Positions 33,500 through 46,560 of a stretch of DNA of 54,410 bases are shown here, one piece after another. Origin of the DNA: Prorocentrum cordatum (taxonomy: Eukaryota); NCBI GenBank assembly GCA_963575745.1, contig CAUYUJ010000245.1, positions 62,001 to 116,410 of the forward strand. The letters are read 5' to 3'. Each line of letters begins with the position of its first letter. Position 1 is the stretch's first letter. The notes below the pieces were generated by a model that did no database searches, was not told the DNA's origin, and was given only the letters and a program-made list of their open reading frames with translations. The position numbers and the translations under genes were made by a program.

Positions 33500-34978
33500 C
33501 CTCCTCCTCCTCCTCCTCCTCCTCCTCCTCCTCCTCCTCCACTCCTCCTCCTCCTCCTCCTGCTCCGCCTGCTCCTTCCTCCCCCTCCCCCTCAGGCTCC
33601 TCCTTCCTCCTCCTCCTCCTCCTCCTCCTCCTCCTTCCTCCTCCTCCTCTGCTCCTGCTGCGCTGCTCCTCCTCCTCCTGCTCCTCTCCTCTCCTCTCCT
33701 CCCCCTCCTCCGTCCTCCTCCTCCTCCTCCTCCTCCTCCTCCTCCTCCCTAGCCCTTCCTACTTCTCCTCCTCCCTCCCCCTCCCCCTCCCCCTCCTCCA
33801 ACTCCCCTCCTCCTCCTCCTCCTCTCCTCCTCCTCCTCTACTCCTCGCTCCCCTGCTCCTCCTCCTCCTCCTCCTCCTCCTCCTCCTCCTCCTCCCCTCC
33901 TCCTCCATCCTCCTCCTCCTCCTCCTCCTCCTCCTCCCCCTCATCCTCATCCTCATCCTCATCCTCATCCCCATCCTCTCCCTCCGCCTCCTCCACAATT
34001 TTTCAATATGAATACTATTCTCTTCTTCCTTCCCCTGATGACGGCCTGGGAGTGTTCGACCCCCCCCGCGTATTGTTTTTTTACACAGGTTTCCCCAGAG
34101 TTGGGTGTTCGCTTGCATTTGTTTCAAAATGCTGCTCTCGCTGAGGCGCCGGCCTCATTTTCGGGCCCCGCTCGTTCCGCATCGTGCTCCCGCTGCAGCG
34201 CTGGCCTCATTTCCGTGCTTCCGCTCGTTCCGAATCGTGTTCCCGCTGCAGCGTTGGCCTCGTTTCCGCGCTTCCGCTCGTTTCGATTTCTGCTCCCGCT
34301 GCAGCGCTGGCGTCATTTCCCGTGCTATGCCACGGCATGCCTTGCAATGCTAGGTTGGTGCTACGCTTTGCAGTGCTCTTCTACGCCATGCCATGCTGTG
34401 CTCTACAACATCGCGTACCCATCATTGCCCTGCTCGACATCCGACTGAGCGAGTAGAGAGGGGATCTGCGCCATGGTAAGGGATGTGAGGGAGGGGTAGG
34501 ATGTCCGATATGACGCGAGCGCACCTAGCTTGTCCCCCTCCTCCTCCTCCTCCTCCTCCTCCTCCTCCTCCTCCTCCTCCTCCTCCTCCTCCTCCTGCCT
34601 CCTCCTCTCCTCCTCCTCCTCCTCCTCCTCCCGCCTCCTCCCCTCCTCCTCCTCCTCCCCCCCTCCTCCTCCTCCTCCTCCTCCTCCTCCTCCTCCTCCT
34701 CCTCCTCCTCCTCCTCCTCCTCCCTCCTCCTCCTCACTCCTCACCTCCCACCTCCTCCTCCTCCTTCTCCTCCTCCTCTCTTCTCCTCCTCCCCCCTCCT
34801 CCTCCTCCTCTCCTCCGTCCTCCTCCTCCTCCTCCTCCTCCTCCTCCCCTCCTCCTCCTCCTCCTCCTCCTCCTCCTCCCTCCTCCTCCTCCTCCTCCTC
34901 CTCCTCCTCCTTCCTCCTCCTCCTACTCCTCCTTCCTCCTCCTCCTCACTCCTCCTCCTCCTCCTCCTCCTCCCACCC
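33500..34978. repeat. Two (CCT)n tracts (33500-33995, 34536-34978) flanking the 53-bp-unit dispersed repeat
   Basis: Direct reading. Confidence 0.93.
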
Positions 34979-35492
34979 CTCCATTTCCTCCGCCCCCTCA
35001 TCCTTCCCCGCCTCCTCGGAGGGCAGAGGGCCACGGCTGCCGCAGCCCTGCAGAGTTGCGTCGGGGGAGGCCGCGACCAGCACCAGCACCGGCAGCACCA
35101 CGACCGCCGAGGACCCTGAGGCGGACGTCGCGCTCCGGTAGCGCTCGGGGCTCACCGGCGCGCTCCGCGACTCGCAGAGTGCCTGCTCGCAAACGTCCGA
35201 GGGGGGGGAGGAAACAAAACAAAAAAAAAAACACGTAGCTGCCTCGACGTAATGGATGGTGCATCCCCCGCGACGGATCCAGACCACTTGCGAGCAGCTG
35301 CTTTTCGCGATTCGTGGAGCGCGCTGGTCTGAGGGCTATTTTGGCGGGTGCCTCGGCGGAAGGGACGAGCGGGGCTGCAGCAGTTGGGCGGGCCCCAGTG
35401 CCCACCTCGCGCTGGCGACCAGTGACCCGCGCGGGTGGGCCCCCCATCCCCTAGCGTCGGAGGCCCCCTCCTCGCGCCAGAAACCCCCCGTC

Positions 35493-35735
35493 CTTCGAGT
35501 AAGGGATCGACTGCAAAGTTGATTTACCCCAAAATTCATTGTCCCGTCGAGTGAAACGTAAAATGTTCGTAGATCTACGGTGGGGGTGTTGCTTAAGGAA
35601 TGTGCCCAGAATGCTTCAGACCCTGGGGGATCTCTCATCTCATGAGGGCGGCGGTGATATCCATGACCAGTCCAATATTGGCGCCCCACTGGTTTCCAGA
35701 CCCTGGGTTCCTTGTTCAATGGTTTATTGAATGCC
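35493..35735 (-). CDS. Candidate exon (AFNKPLNKEPRVWKPVGRQYWTGHG...TFYVSLDGTMNFGVNQLCSRSLTR)
   Basis: Open frame in lower-GC unique sequence (the other two minus frames stop near its start); AG|G acceptor and AG|GA donor. Confidence 0.35.
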
Positions 35736-36639
35736 CTCACCGTACTACGCATTTCTCACGGAGTCGACGAACAAATCAGTTCTGGGGTAAGTCAATTCTG
35801 GAGTCGATCCCCTACTCGAGTCCCTCTTCCCACCTCTCCCCGCCGCGATCTCCCCTGTAGAGAATCGTGCAGACGACCGGAGAGAAATCTCGCCGCCGCG
35901 CCGCCACGAAAAAAAAAACAGGGGAAGAGGAGGTGGCCCGCGACGCTTTGCTGGCACCGGGAGGCGGCGGAGCTCAAAAGGGCCAGCGGGCGGAGCTGCC
36001 AGCAGGCCAGGTCGGAGGCCAGTGGCGGGGGCCAGTGTGCACAGAGTGGGAGGGCGGCGGAGTTCGGCGGGGCCAGCGGGCAGCAAGCCAGGGCGGAGGC
36101 CGGTGGCGGGGGCCCGAGTGCACAGAATGGGAGGGGGAGGAGGGGGAGGAGGAGGAGGAGGAGGAGGAGGAGGAGGAGGAGGAGGAGGAGGAGGAGGAGG
36201 AGGAGGAATCGAGGAGGAGGGGGAGGAGGAGGCCGGGTCGGATGGAGAGGGGATGGGGAATGGAGGGGTGCGAAATTTGCTGCATTCCGTTGGCTTCGGC
36301 CCCGCTGCAGTGCGCCTTCGCGCGCCCCGGCGCCGGGTGGCGCTGGGATAACCAGCTACGTGAGCTGCTTTGCTGGCCCCCGGTTTGGTGTGTTCGCCCC
36401 ACGTGTCCGACCCGGCAGACCTTCGACACCGCGTCTGTTTTCCAGTCGCGCCTTTCTCTGTTATCCGATTCAGGCCTCCAGAGGCCGCTTCAGGGCCGCG
36501 CGCGCGTCATGAGCCAAAAAAGCGGCCCGCGGCGCAAGCCCCAGACTTAGGCAAGGGGTCGAGGCACCTTGCGGACAAGGATAAGGGGAAAAAACACGTT
36601 GTTTGAGGTCTGCAGGGGTTCCTATCATGCGTCAGTGGG

Positions 36640-38830
36640 AGATTCTCCCAATAAGTTGATCGATCGTGGCACGCATCAGTGAGGAGTTGCCCCAATAATT
36701 AGTTGATCGGCAAATCAGAGTTGGGCCAAGTCAGATATCAGCAAATAAGGCATCCACCCCAGTTTTCCAGACCCGACGGGCACATGGTACGGAGGAATAT
36801 TTAGCATCTTGTACAGGCCACCGAGGAGCAAACATAAATGTCATCACTATATTTGGGTGGGCGGCGATACATGCCCGATACAGAACATCATATCCGTTTC
36901 CGGCTCCGGCCGCACATGTTTTGCTAGTTCCGGTAAGACAGCAGCATATCGATCCAAGTCTATGTCGATGCAGCATCGTTGTGACTTGTTGTTGTACGAA
37001 TGGTTGTTTACTGGACGGAATTAATTCCTAGGCATCCCCCTAAGACCTCCTCTCGATGTGGATGGCGATATACGGTGTGCCAACTCACGAAGGCCGTACC
37101 TAACGGACAGCACAGTGGTAGTACATGGACACCTGCGTTTTAGAAATTCCGCATTTATGTGAGGCGCAGCAAATATCTAATGGCCTCTGGAGACATTTTG
37201 GTGTGGTTTGGGAGACCTCTTGAACTGTCTCGGAGTATCGGAGAACCGAAAAGGCGAAAACGCCTGAATTGCTGCGAACACCTAGTGAAAGTCGACCATG
37301 TTTGCCTCTTGGGGCCCTACTGGGAAGCCTCTTGCAGGCCTCTTGGGGCGTTTTGGAGGCCTAGGGGCTCGCGGGAAGCCGCCGAGTTTTCGGAATTGAA
37401 GTCCATGCCTTTCAAACATGTCTCAGGAGTGGGGGGGGGTCCAGGGATTGAGCGAAGGACCTGAGGACACGCCAACCCCGTGCCCACCGACACGGTGGTG
37501 GATTTTCCTCGGACGCGGCACGCTTGTTGCAGAATCGAATTGGTTCCCAAAATTCGTGCATGGAAACAACCCACATGCATTTCCAATGTTCCGATATCGA
37601 ATCCACGTACCGGAAATATATCTCGCCCCATTTTGGACACGTGTGTCCATCCGGAGATCAAGCTTCGCTCGCTTTGGAAAGAGGCGTCGCCCACATCAGA
37701 AATAAGCACCATTTGTCTCAGAACAGAAGGCGCTCATATTTTTTATCTGGCAGCGCCAGATTTTGAATTTGTTGCACAAAGGCTTCGGTATCACCACGAC
37801 TTGTTTCAATATCCATCGACGTTAATTTCAGCGTCCACCAACGCAAGTGAGGTTTTTGTATTATGTGCGTATTGATGTTGGCGATCCTCTATGTATTGAT
37901 GTTGTATGTATGTTTGTTATCATGTATTTCTTCTTGTTTCCCCAGTTCTGAAGCTTTAATGGGCACTCTGCTAGACAACAAAAAATGGGACGCGTTAGCA
38001 ATCAAAGTTTCCAGGCCACTTGAATGCGGAGAAGACGATGCGTCTTGGCAGGAACCAAATACATCATCATTTTCTTCCTCCGCCTCCTCCCCCTCCATCC
38101 CGGCGCGCATTTGGCGCGTCCAGGCCACTTGGGCACGCGTTTGGCGTGCAATCGTCTGTTAATCATATTCCTCCCTCTTCCTTCCGTCCGCTCGGCGCGC
38201 ATTTGGCGCCTCCAGGCCAGGTTGGCGCGCGTTTGGCGCGCGCGTAATCATCTGCTCTCTCGCGCGCAGTTGGCATGTCGCTCTTGTTTTCCTTGCCCCC
38301 GCGCTTTTGGCGTATGGCTGCTGTTTATTATTATGCTCTTTCGCCTTGCGCCTCGCGCGCAACATGCGGCCGTGCGTGCACCATAAATGTGCGTGGATGT
38401 TTTGTTCTTCCTTGTTGGCTTCCATTGATTGCTTGAAATCTTTGAAATCGCGCCCTAGAGCCCGGGAGACCTTCATGACTGGAGCGAGGTAGTCCCGGAA
38501 CATGGTGTTCATCGCCCCCATGGTTATTGGTGCCTCTGCGCTTGGTATTTGTGCTGGAGGTAGTAAGGCTTCATCGTCCATGTTGTTCAGGTCCAGGGCG
38601 CGGGGTTGACAAATTACTTGCAGTTCCGTGGAATTTGGGGGGCACGCGCTGGCAGACGGGAGCTGGCGGAAGCAATTGACTCTGAATTGTTCTTGTCGAT
38701 GGCGATTTCTGTGCACTTGCCAAATCAGCCATCCCGGGGGCCGGCTGTAATGATGTTCTCGTATCGGCATTTCCCAATAATCTACCATTTTGATCGTTCG
38801 TGCCCGGCCGCGGGGTTCCTATTCTGAATT
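36640..38830 (-). pseudogene. Possible heavily decayed retroelement 5' region (ORF1-like coiled coil and downstream fragments)
   Basis: APITMGAMNTMFRDYLAPVMKVSRALGRDFKDFKQSMEANKEEQN looks coiled-coil-like. Downstream frames are broken and interrupted by a family A fragment (37180-37380). No diagnostic motif. Confidence 0.25.
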
Positions 38831-39980
38831 AGTGAATTAATTATGGCGATTTCACAAATTAATGGCAAACCGCGCGGGGCATTCAAACGGAACGATAAGG
38901 CCGAAATGTCAGAACATGATACCGGGACAACCGCATCTTCACTTAGAAGATATACTCCAGCATTGAAAAATGTATGATTGATTCGATCGCCTCTGGCATT
39001 ATGATGAAGCCCACGTCCGAATAAAAGTACTTCTCATTAGCGGGCACCGTGCCTGACAATAGCATGAACCACAAATCGTTACGTGTGTTTCTTTCCTACA
39101 CGAAATGGAAAAGATGTGTTTGTTTATTGTTTCTCTATATGTTGTTGAAAATGTGTGAAATTGTTTTGGTTTTGTCGCATTCCATGAAAATTCCAAGTAA
39201 CAATCAATTCATTCGAGATTAAGCGTCGAGAAAAGCGAAAAATATCGCTGCATTGTTGTTGCCAGCGCTCTTCGTCATATTGTCGACGATGTGGTCGGTC
39301 CCGGGCTATCTATTCAAAGCGATTGCTTGGTTGCGTGATCCAGAAGGGGACTCTATCGAAACCACGGTTTCGGTATCGAAACCATGGTTTCGGTATCTAC
39401 CACACCGGTTTTGGTATCTATCGGCACCGGTTTTGGTATCCATCGACATTGGTTTCAGTATTCATTGACACCAGTTTCGGTATCCACCGGCGGTATCCAC
39501 CAACACCGGTTTCGGTACCCATCGGCATCGGTTTCGGTATCCACCGACACATATGTTTCTTCCTTTCCATTTTGGTTTCCTCCCATTCCGGGTTCCTCCC
39601 ATTCCGGTTGCCTGACATCCCCTCCCATGTCAGTTTCCTCCTATTTCTCTCATTCCCGTTCCTATTCCTTCCCATCCGGTTTCCTCCCATTCTGCAGTTT
39701 CTTTCCATTCCGGGTTCCTCCTATTGTGGTTTTCTCCATTCCTCCCACTGCGGCTTCCTCCTATTTTTCCCACTCCTTTTTCCTCTTTCTTCCTCCTATT
39801 CCTCCTTCTTCTTCTTTCTTCCTCATATTCCTTCTTCTTCTTCTTGTTTTCTATTTCTCCTATTCTGGTTTCCTCCCTTTTTGGTTTCCTTCCAATCTGG
39901 GTTCCTGATGGCTTTCCCCGTTCCTCCCATTGCGATTTCCTCCCGATCTACCCAGTGCTCAATTGATTGCGAACAGTTAC

Positions 39981-40049
<69 letters not shown>

Positions 40050-40879
40050 AATATGTTTTGATGTTTTCACAACTTCCGACAACATTCCGCCGTCGGTTTG
40101 TCATGAACCGCACATATATGCAGAGGCACTTCCGCTGCAGCATCCGATTCGTTTTTGACGCATTCTGAATTTGCGCATATTTCAACATCGCTCTTTCCAG
40201 CAAATTGTGGTTGCACGGTGCTTTTGCCCCAATATGAATTTGTGCATAGAAGGCTCCGCCTCTTGCGGGGCGGTGGCAGAGGGCGCGGAAAACTTCAGGT
40301 TAAAGCAAAAAGAGAATGACAAGAAATTTGGTAAATTTCGATTTCATCGTGCAGGTCCTCGCCATTGGATTCTCAAAGACATTCGTGATCATCCAGCAGA
40401 TGGTCATCATGATAGTCGGGTGCAATTGGGCCGCACAAAACAAACAGCTTTCCCGCTGAAGACCGGTGGCAACCGTTTCAGAAAAAAATACAGCAGTTTC
40501 AGAAAAAGGCCGGTTTCAGAAAAAGGCGTGCCGTTTCAGAAAGGCTGAGCAGTTTCAGAAAAAGGGCGCGCTGTTTCAGAAAAAGCGTGGGAGGTTTCAG
40601 AAAAAGTGCGCGCGGTTTCAGAAAAATGCCCCACCCCCGATTTGTTGCCCGGGCCCCTGGGCCTCGGCCCGACCTTGGACCGCGGGCCCTGGACTTTTGC
40701 ACCCGGACCCCCGCCGTTTTTTTCTGAAACAGTCATTGCCGCAAGGCCGTGCTTGGCTTCGGGAGGAGCGCGGAGGAGGAGGCTGGAGGAGGCAGGAGGA
40801 CGATGGGGGAAGGAAGCGGGCGTGAGTGAGATTGGGAAGGTTGGATTCGGGAGAGGCACGGAAGGAGTTCGCCTCCTAG

Positions 40880-41392
40880 TCTCCGACTCCGGCTCTGGAT
40901 TTTTGTCCGGCTCCGATTCCGATTCGATCTTCCTCCGCTTCCGAGTCCGATTCCGACTCCCGTTCCAGCCTCCTCTGGTACCGGCTCCGGCTTCAAATTT
41001 TCGTCCGGCTCCGACTCCGATTCCCGTTCGGTCTTTTTCCACTTCCGACTCCGATTCCGACTCCCGGGTCCCGTTCCGGCCTCCTCCGGCTCCGACTCTG
41101 GCTCCGGATGTTCGTCCGGCCCCGATTCCGATTCCCATTCGATCCTCCTCCACTTCCGACTCCGATTCCGACTCCCGTTCCTGCCTCCTTTGCTTCTGAC
41201 TCCGGCTCAGGCTCCAAATTTTCGTCCGGTTCCGATTCCGATTCCCGTTCGGTTTTCTTCCACTTCCGACTCCGATTCCGACTCCCGTTCCGGCCTCCTC
41301 CGGCTCCGACTCCGGCTCCGGATATTCGTCCGGCCCCGACTGCGATTCCCGTTCGGTCCTCCTCCACTTCCGACTCCGATTCCGACTCCGGC
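40880..41392. repeat. (ccgatt/ccgact/ccggct)n hexamer-based compound array
   Basis: Hexamer variants organised in ~115-120-bp higher units each containing cacttccgactccgattccgact. Confidence 0.9.
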
Positions 41393-41429
41393 ACTTCTCC
41401 CACCCAGGGCCAAATTTTTCCCATCCTTC

Positions 41430-42470
41430 CAACCTCTTCATCATTCGACGGACTTTTCCACGTGTATCCTAAGTCCCGTAGCGCGCGTGCCCTCCCGCAT
41501 GAGAACGCGCGTCAGCCGGCGGCCACGTCTTTCTGCACCCCGAGCCGCAGCGGGTCCGCCATTTCCATATCGGCCGTCATGAAGAATCCTTCCCCAAGGT
41601 TGGCAAAGATGAAAGTATATCGCGTCCTGGTTTGCATTAAATTAAGAGCACGTCCAGCAACTGAGCCACTTCTTCGGTAATGGCAAGCGCAGCGTTGTCA
41701 GCATGTCTTTCCCGCTCTGGACGACCACCTCGATGTCGTCGTCTTCGTCAATGGGGATCTCGTTGTCGTTGGGGACGCCCTCGCCCGCCAGGGCAAGTGA
41801 GTCCACGTATTCGTACATCACCACTTCCAACTTGCAGTTTGCGTCGATCGGGGTGTCCGTGTACACGACTTCCCCGGTGCCGTCCCTGGTGCCGACGTAC
41901 GCCAGCTCGAGGCACTTAGGTGCCTTGAGAGGGCAGGCGCTTGCATTTCTCATCACGCCCGCGCGCGTTCGCGCGCGGACGTGATAGAGAGACGCGCGAC
42001 TGCCCCGCGCGACCTGGCAAACGTCGTCTCGGCCGTTAAGTTCTCCGCCGCTCCGTCGTAGATCATGCCCGTTGCGCAATCTTTCGGAACGCGCATTGTC
42101 AAGAATGGCCATGGGAGGCCAAGATCCCATGGCATGTATTACTCTCCGCTTCAACGAGGACGGACGGTCTTTTGATTCCCCGCATTTTCGATCAGCACCA
42201 TTGCTGCTGGAGGTAGGGTCGCGTTTTTCCACGGCCGCGGCCTCACCCACTGTTCCCCCGGCATCTGCTTCCGTCGGCATGATCGCGCCATCCAGCACGA
42301 CCACCTCTCCCCCCGCTTCCGCGTCCACGACCTGCGGCAACCCTGCGTGGAACATCCGTCCGCCACCGCCTTCCTTGTGCGATCGCCGTGTCGCGTGTCC
42401 GCTGAGAGTCCGCCGGGTATTCACAAGGGCGTACGGATTTGAATTTGATGAGCAGTGGTACTGCCCCGGA
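41430..42470 (-). pseudogene. Decayed ORF of unknown function inside the foldback-like block
   Basis: Protein-like stretch KAPKCLELAYVGTRDGTGEVVYTDTPIDANCKLEVVMYEYVDSLALAG...DIEVVVQSGKDMLTTLRLP continues after apparent frameshifts (TRYTFIFANLGEGFFMTADME). Confidence 0.45.
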
Positions 42471-43004
42471 AATTGCACGTCCTTTTCCGAAACGGGTAGC
42501 GTTGTTTCTAAAACGAAAGCATTTTTTTCTGAAACGATCTCCGCTTTTTCTGAACCGACGAACGTTTTTTCTGAAACGGTTGTTGCGTTTTGTGAAACGG
42601 CATTTTTTCCTAAACCTGCTGTGTTCTTTTTCTGAAACGGCGGTCGCCCCGCTGAAGACACATGCCGGTGAATGCCATAACCGTTGTCGGTGTATACCGG
42701 AACCGATGCCAAAACCGGTGTCGGTGGATATGGAAGCTGGCGTTGATAGATACCAAAACCTGTATCGATAGATACCGAAACCAATGTCGATGGATATCGC
42801 AACCAGCGCCGTCAGAGGGAAGAAAACTATGCACATGCACCCACCGAGTCTCTGACCAGGCCAATCTTGAGCCCAGGATCGCTGCATACGCCCTTCTACC
42901 TTAGCCAGGAAAGCATATGACAATGGGTTTGCAAGCCGGGGAAGGCTCTCCCCAAGAAATGGAATTTTGCGCGAAACAGGGGCCGCTCGAAATTGCAATG
43001 GGCA

Positions 43005-44025
43005 AATCTCACTGGCCCTCTGGGCGTCGGTGGTTTAGGGCGTTTCCTCTTCCACCCCTCCCTCTTCCCCTTCGGAGAAGCGTTTACCTCTCCCCTTTAC
43101 CCCCACCACTCTGACGTGGACAGGAGGGGCGGGGAGCGGTTAGAGCCTCCAAAATGGCCCAGGACGGTTCCAAGAGGGCCTCAGAGAGCCCAAGATTGCC
43201 TCCAAAATGGCTCCAACACGTTCCAAGACCGCTCCAAGATGGTTCCAAGTGCCCACAAGAGCATCATTATAGTGCCCTCAAAATGCCGAAATACTTCAAA
43301 CCCTAGGGAAAATCAATGTTTTTGGTGTTCTCACTTTTTCGCTTCCGAAGCCCGTCCGAGGCCTCGATAGCGCCAAGATGTCCCAACTGGGCCCCAACAG
43401 GGGCCCAAGAGAGCCTCAAGACTGCCTCAGCAGCGTCCAAGAGCGCTCCAAGAGCGATCCGAGAAGGGTCCAGGAAAGGATTTTAAACAGTCTGGAGGGG
43501 CAACGCTAATTAAAGCTCTGCTCTTCTTTGATAGATTTGCTCCAAGATGCCCCCCCAGAGCGCCCCGATGGCGTCTAAAAGGACCCCAGACGCCCAAACA
43601 CTGCTTCAATTCATACTCCCCTCTTGTTTGATCGATCTCTTCCAGGCCCCAAGAAGTGCCCAAGAGGTCCCAAGATGGCCCCAAGAAGCCCCCAACATGC
43701 CCCCAAGATGCCCCCAACAGACCCCCAAGAGGCCCCAAGAGACCCCGCAAAGGCACACAAGATGCTCCAAGAGGCCTCGGCGAAAATGCCAAATCATTGA
43801 TTTCACTAAGGTTTTAGCCACATGTTGGCCTCTTGGGGGGAGCACTGATTAAGATGACTCCAAGAGCGCCTGGGAGAGCCCAAGATGACCTCCAAGATGG
43901 CTCAACATATCCCAACATGTATCATAATAGCTTCCGCTGTGTGCTGCCCACTTCCCTGATCCAGGCAATTCCTCTGGGCATCGTTTCTGGATGGGCTGGT
44001 GGGGATTCGCGACGCGTCAACAATT
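43005..44025 (+). mobile_element. Full-length family A element (~1.0 kb)
   Basis: Starts aatctcactggccctctgggcgt; ends gatgggctggtggggattcgcgacgcgtcaacaatt; internal ccccaagaggcc arrays are the reverse complement of 2790-3540. Confidence 0.7.
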
Positions 44026-44329
44026 GCGTATAAAACATGATTTCAAACTTCCGATTGAAGGTTGCATGGGAAAAATCAGAATCATCCCGCATCGTCGACC
44101 TCTCCCTCCCCCTCCTTCCTTTTAGTATGCATTTGGCGAAACAGACGCATGATTGCATGCGTTTGGCATGTTCTGTGCCGTTCTGCGCGCGTTCGAGGCG
44201 CCGTGCCGAAGGTTGGCGCATGGCTTCTGTGTGTCAATGTACACCAGAATCTGCCGGCCTTTTCAGCGGCGCGGGGGCAATCGGGTTGAGCTCCCATACC
44301 AATTAACCAAATAATTGCAGTAGAATACG

Positions 44330-46560
44330 TTTCCTTTCTTCTGGTAGTGGGCGGTCGTGGACCCAAAAGTGGTTGTCGCTCTTGTCCGGACATCGTCGAA
44401 TATGGTGGCCGCATCAGCAGGATCAGACATAATGTATATGTCGTTTAAATATGCAATGGTTTCGGCTCCCGCTGGCAACCTGACCCGAATTTGTCGCAAC
44501 GCAGGGTCCAATGCCAGGCAGAACAATGCTGGCGTAAGGCCGTCTGTCCCCTTTTCCCCCCCGTCACCTTGGGCAATCCTGTGCGCAAAGCCTTGGTTGT
44601 TCCGAAATTAGAATTTGGAAGGCACGGCATACCATAGTCGTACGAATGGCGCTAATTCGTGTAAAGACCCATGCGCCATTAATTGTTCAAACAAACAAAC
44701 TCGGCACACATAGTCGAATGCTCCCACACCGTCTATGCTAACTATTACTTTGTCCGAATCCGTGTCGGTCAGGTCAGGTACTGCGTAACATGTATTGCTG
44801 CATTTGTCCCACTTCGGTCGTGTAGCCCAAAGTTAAGAGACCAAATCATGGTTTTGACGGCATCGTGGTATTGTCGTGCATGCGCTTTCGGCACCAACCG
44901 TCTGAACGTGTCCCCTGCTGAAATGCCGCGGACCCGGGAGTTTGGCTTCAAAGTTGCAGGTAGTGAAGGGTACCGCATAAACAACCATCGGTAGTTCCGC
45001 CCGTGCTACACGCAGGGCGACATCATGTAGTCTCCAACGCCATATCATCTGCCAAACAAGTCTTGAAATATTAGTACCGTGCCCTTCTATAAACCACCAC
45101 TGAGTCCTTTCCGTGATTCCCGTAAAACAACAGCGAACACATTTAACAAGGTGGACGGGTTCCGCGGGAACGAATTCTTCAAGAAAATTGCGAGGGTGTT
45201 CTTCCGAAAGATCTTACAGGCGCAACCTTGGATCTGTGAGCTTAGCATAAGTGTTGTCATCTCCTGGTGCGAGTCCGCTGGAGGAAATTACCGGTGCTGC
45301 GTGGCTGAGTTCCCCTTGTTTGATGAGCCCCATTACCTTCTCAATTTGTTTCGCTTCTTTTGTGATCTTATTATTTTGTTGCCGTGTCCCATCATTGTCG
45401 GTAGCACTGGTAGTTTGTTGCGCAAGCCATAATAAATTGTCCCATTCCCCAGCATTGGGTGGGGCAAGGTGGGGCCCTGGACCTAATCTGCTGTTAGTGC
45501 AGTGCGGCCGCGCGTGCCTGCCGGCAGCACGGGCCCGTTGCCTGTGGCCGTGGTGGGCTTTAGCCTGTGCGCCGCAGTAGGGCCGTGGTGGGCTCTAGAA
45601 CGTGCACCGCGGCAAAGCCGTGGTGGTGCCCCGTGCGCCACGGTGGCCTTGGTTGCCCTTTCCCCGTGCGGCTCTGTGGGCTGGCGTGCCAGCATTGCCA
45701 CAGTGCGGGGTATTGTGTGATCGTCCACAGGCGCGCCCACCCGATGTTGGGCAGGGTGACCCCCCCTGGGCCTGCAGTGCTCTTGGTGCAGTGTGGCTGC
45801 GCAGGCATACCAGCAGCACGGGGCCAGTGCTGGTGACCATGGTGGGCTCCTGCCCGTGCACCATGGTGGCATTGGTAGCCCGTACCCCGTGTGTGGCACT
45901 GGGGTCTAGCTTGCCAGCGTTGCCCCGATGCGGGGTGCGCCAGTCCCAGTGTGGTGGCACTGGGCGGCCTGGGCAGGGGTGACCCCTGCGGTACCAGGTG
46001 GCGCGGTAGGCGCCTTCCCTTCGTTGCATCACGCCTACCAGTGGTAAGTGTGGTGGCGCCAGGTCCTCATCCAAGAAATATCACGAAATACTGGAGATAA
46101 ATTTGGGGTTTTGGCATTTCTGAGAACATCCGCTTTATGACGTATCTTGCCAGAGAACACACGGGAATATTGTCCATGAACGCTCGCGCGGCGCGCGGCT
46201 TGCATCATGGGATCCGGCGGGTCGCTACCCTCAATCTGCTTTGCAAATGTGGGCCCAACGGCCTCCAATAAACCATAACCCGAGCTGTGTCACGGGATGC
46301 GGGGGGACGGGGGGGGAGCTGAAGGCCTGGTACGGGTCGACGGAACAACACATATTATTGCTCATGCGCAGGAATTTAAACGTAGGCTTGGATGTGGCAC
46401 CAGATCCGAGGGCTCCGGTAATAACGAACACTCCAACATTTTGATAAGAACCGCGCCAAGGGGCCCGTGACCTTTGGAGCAACTTTGTTTTTCTTGAATC
46501 TTTCTGTTCGCTTCCGTTCTTGTCCTCATGATTGATCACCGCACCCTATCGCGCTTTTGT
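44330..46560 (-). pseudogene. Decayed CRE/SLACS-like non-LTR retrotransposon RT, interrupted by an insertion at ~45480-46075
   Basis: Minus-strand peptides GEWDNLL, LIKQGELSHA...SSGLAPGDDNTYAKLTDP, RVARAELP, RVRGISAGDTFRRLV, NFGL..RSGT, VSIDGVGAFDYVCR, FCLALDPAL, IAYLNDI, with stops and frameshifts. Membership of 46075-46560 is inferred from position. Confidence 0.8.
45490..46070. repeat. GC-rich insertion made of two ~290-bp diverged direct repeats
   Basis: gtgcagtg.ggc.gcgc....a/c.gcagcacgggcc at ~45497 and ~45787; cc.tg.gc.cca.ggtggc.ttggt.gccc in both halves. Confidence 0.7.

Larger units (their letters stand above)
39328..42806. mobile_element. Foldback-like block with inverted tandem-array arms
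   Basis: The 22-bp accggtttcggtatccatcgac array (39355-39550) and gtttcagaaaaa array (40474-40626) are mirrored in reverse complement at 42690-42800 and 42482-42640. Confidence 0.5.
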
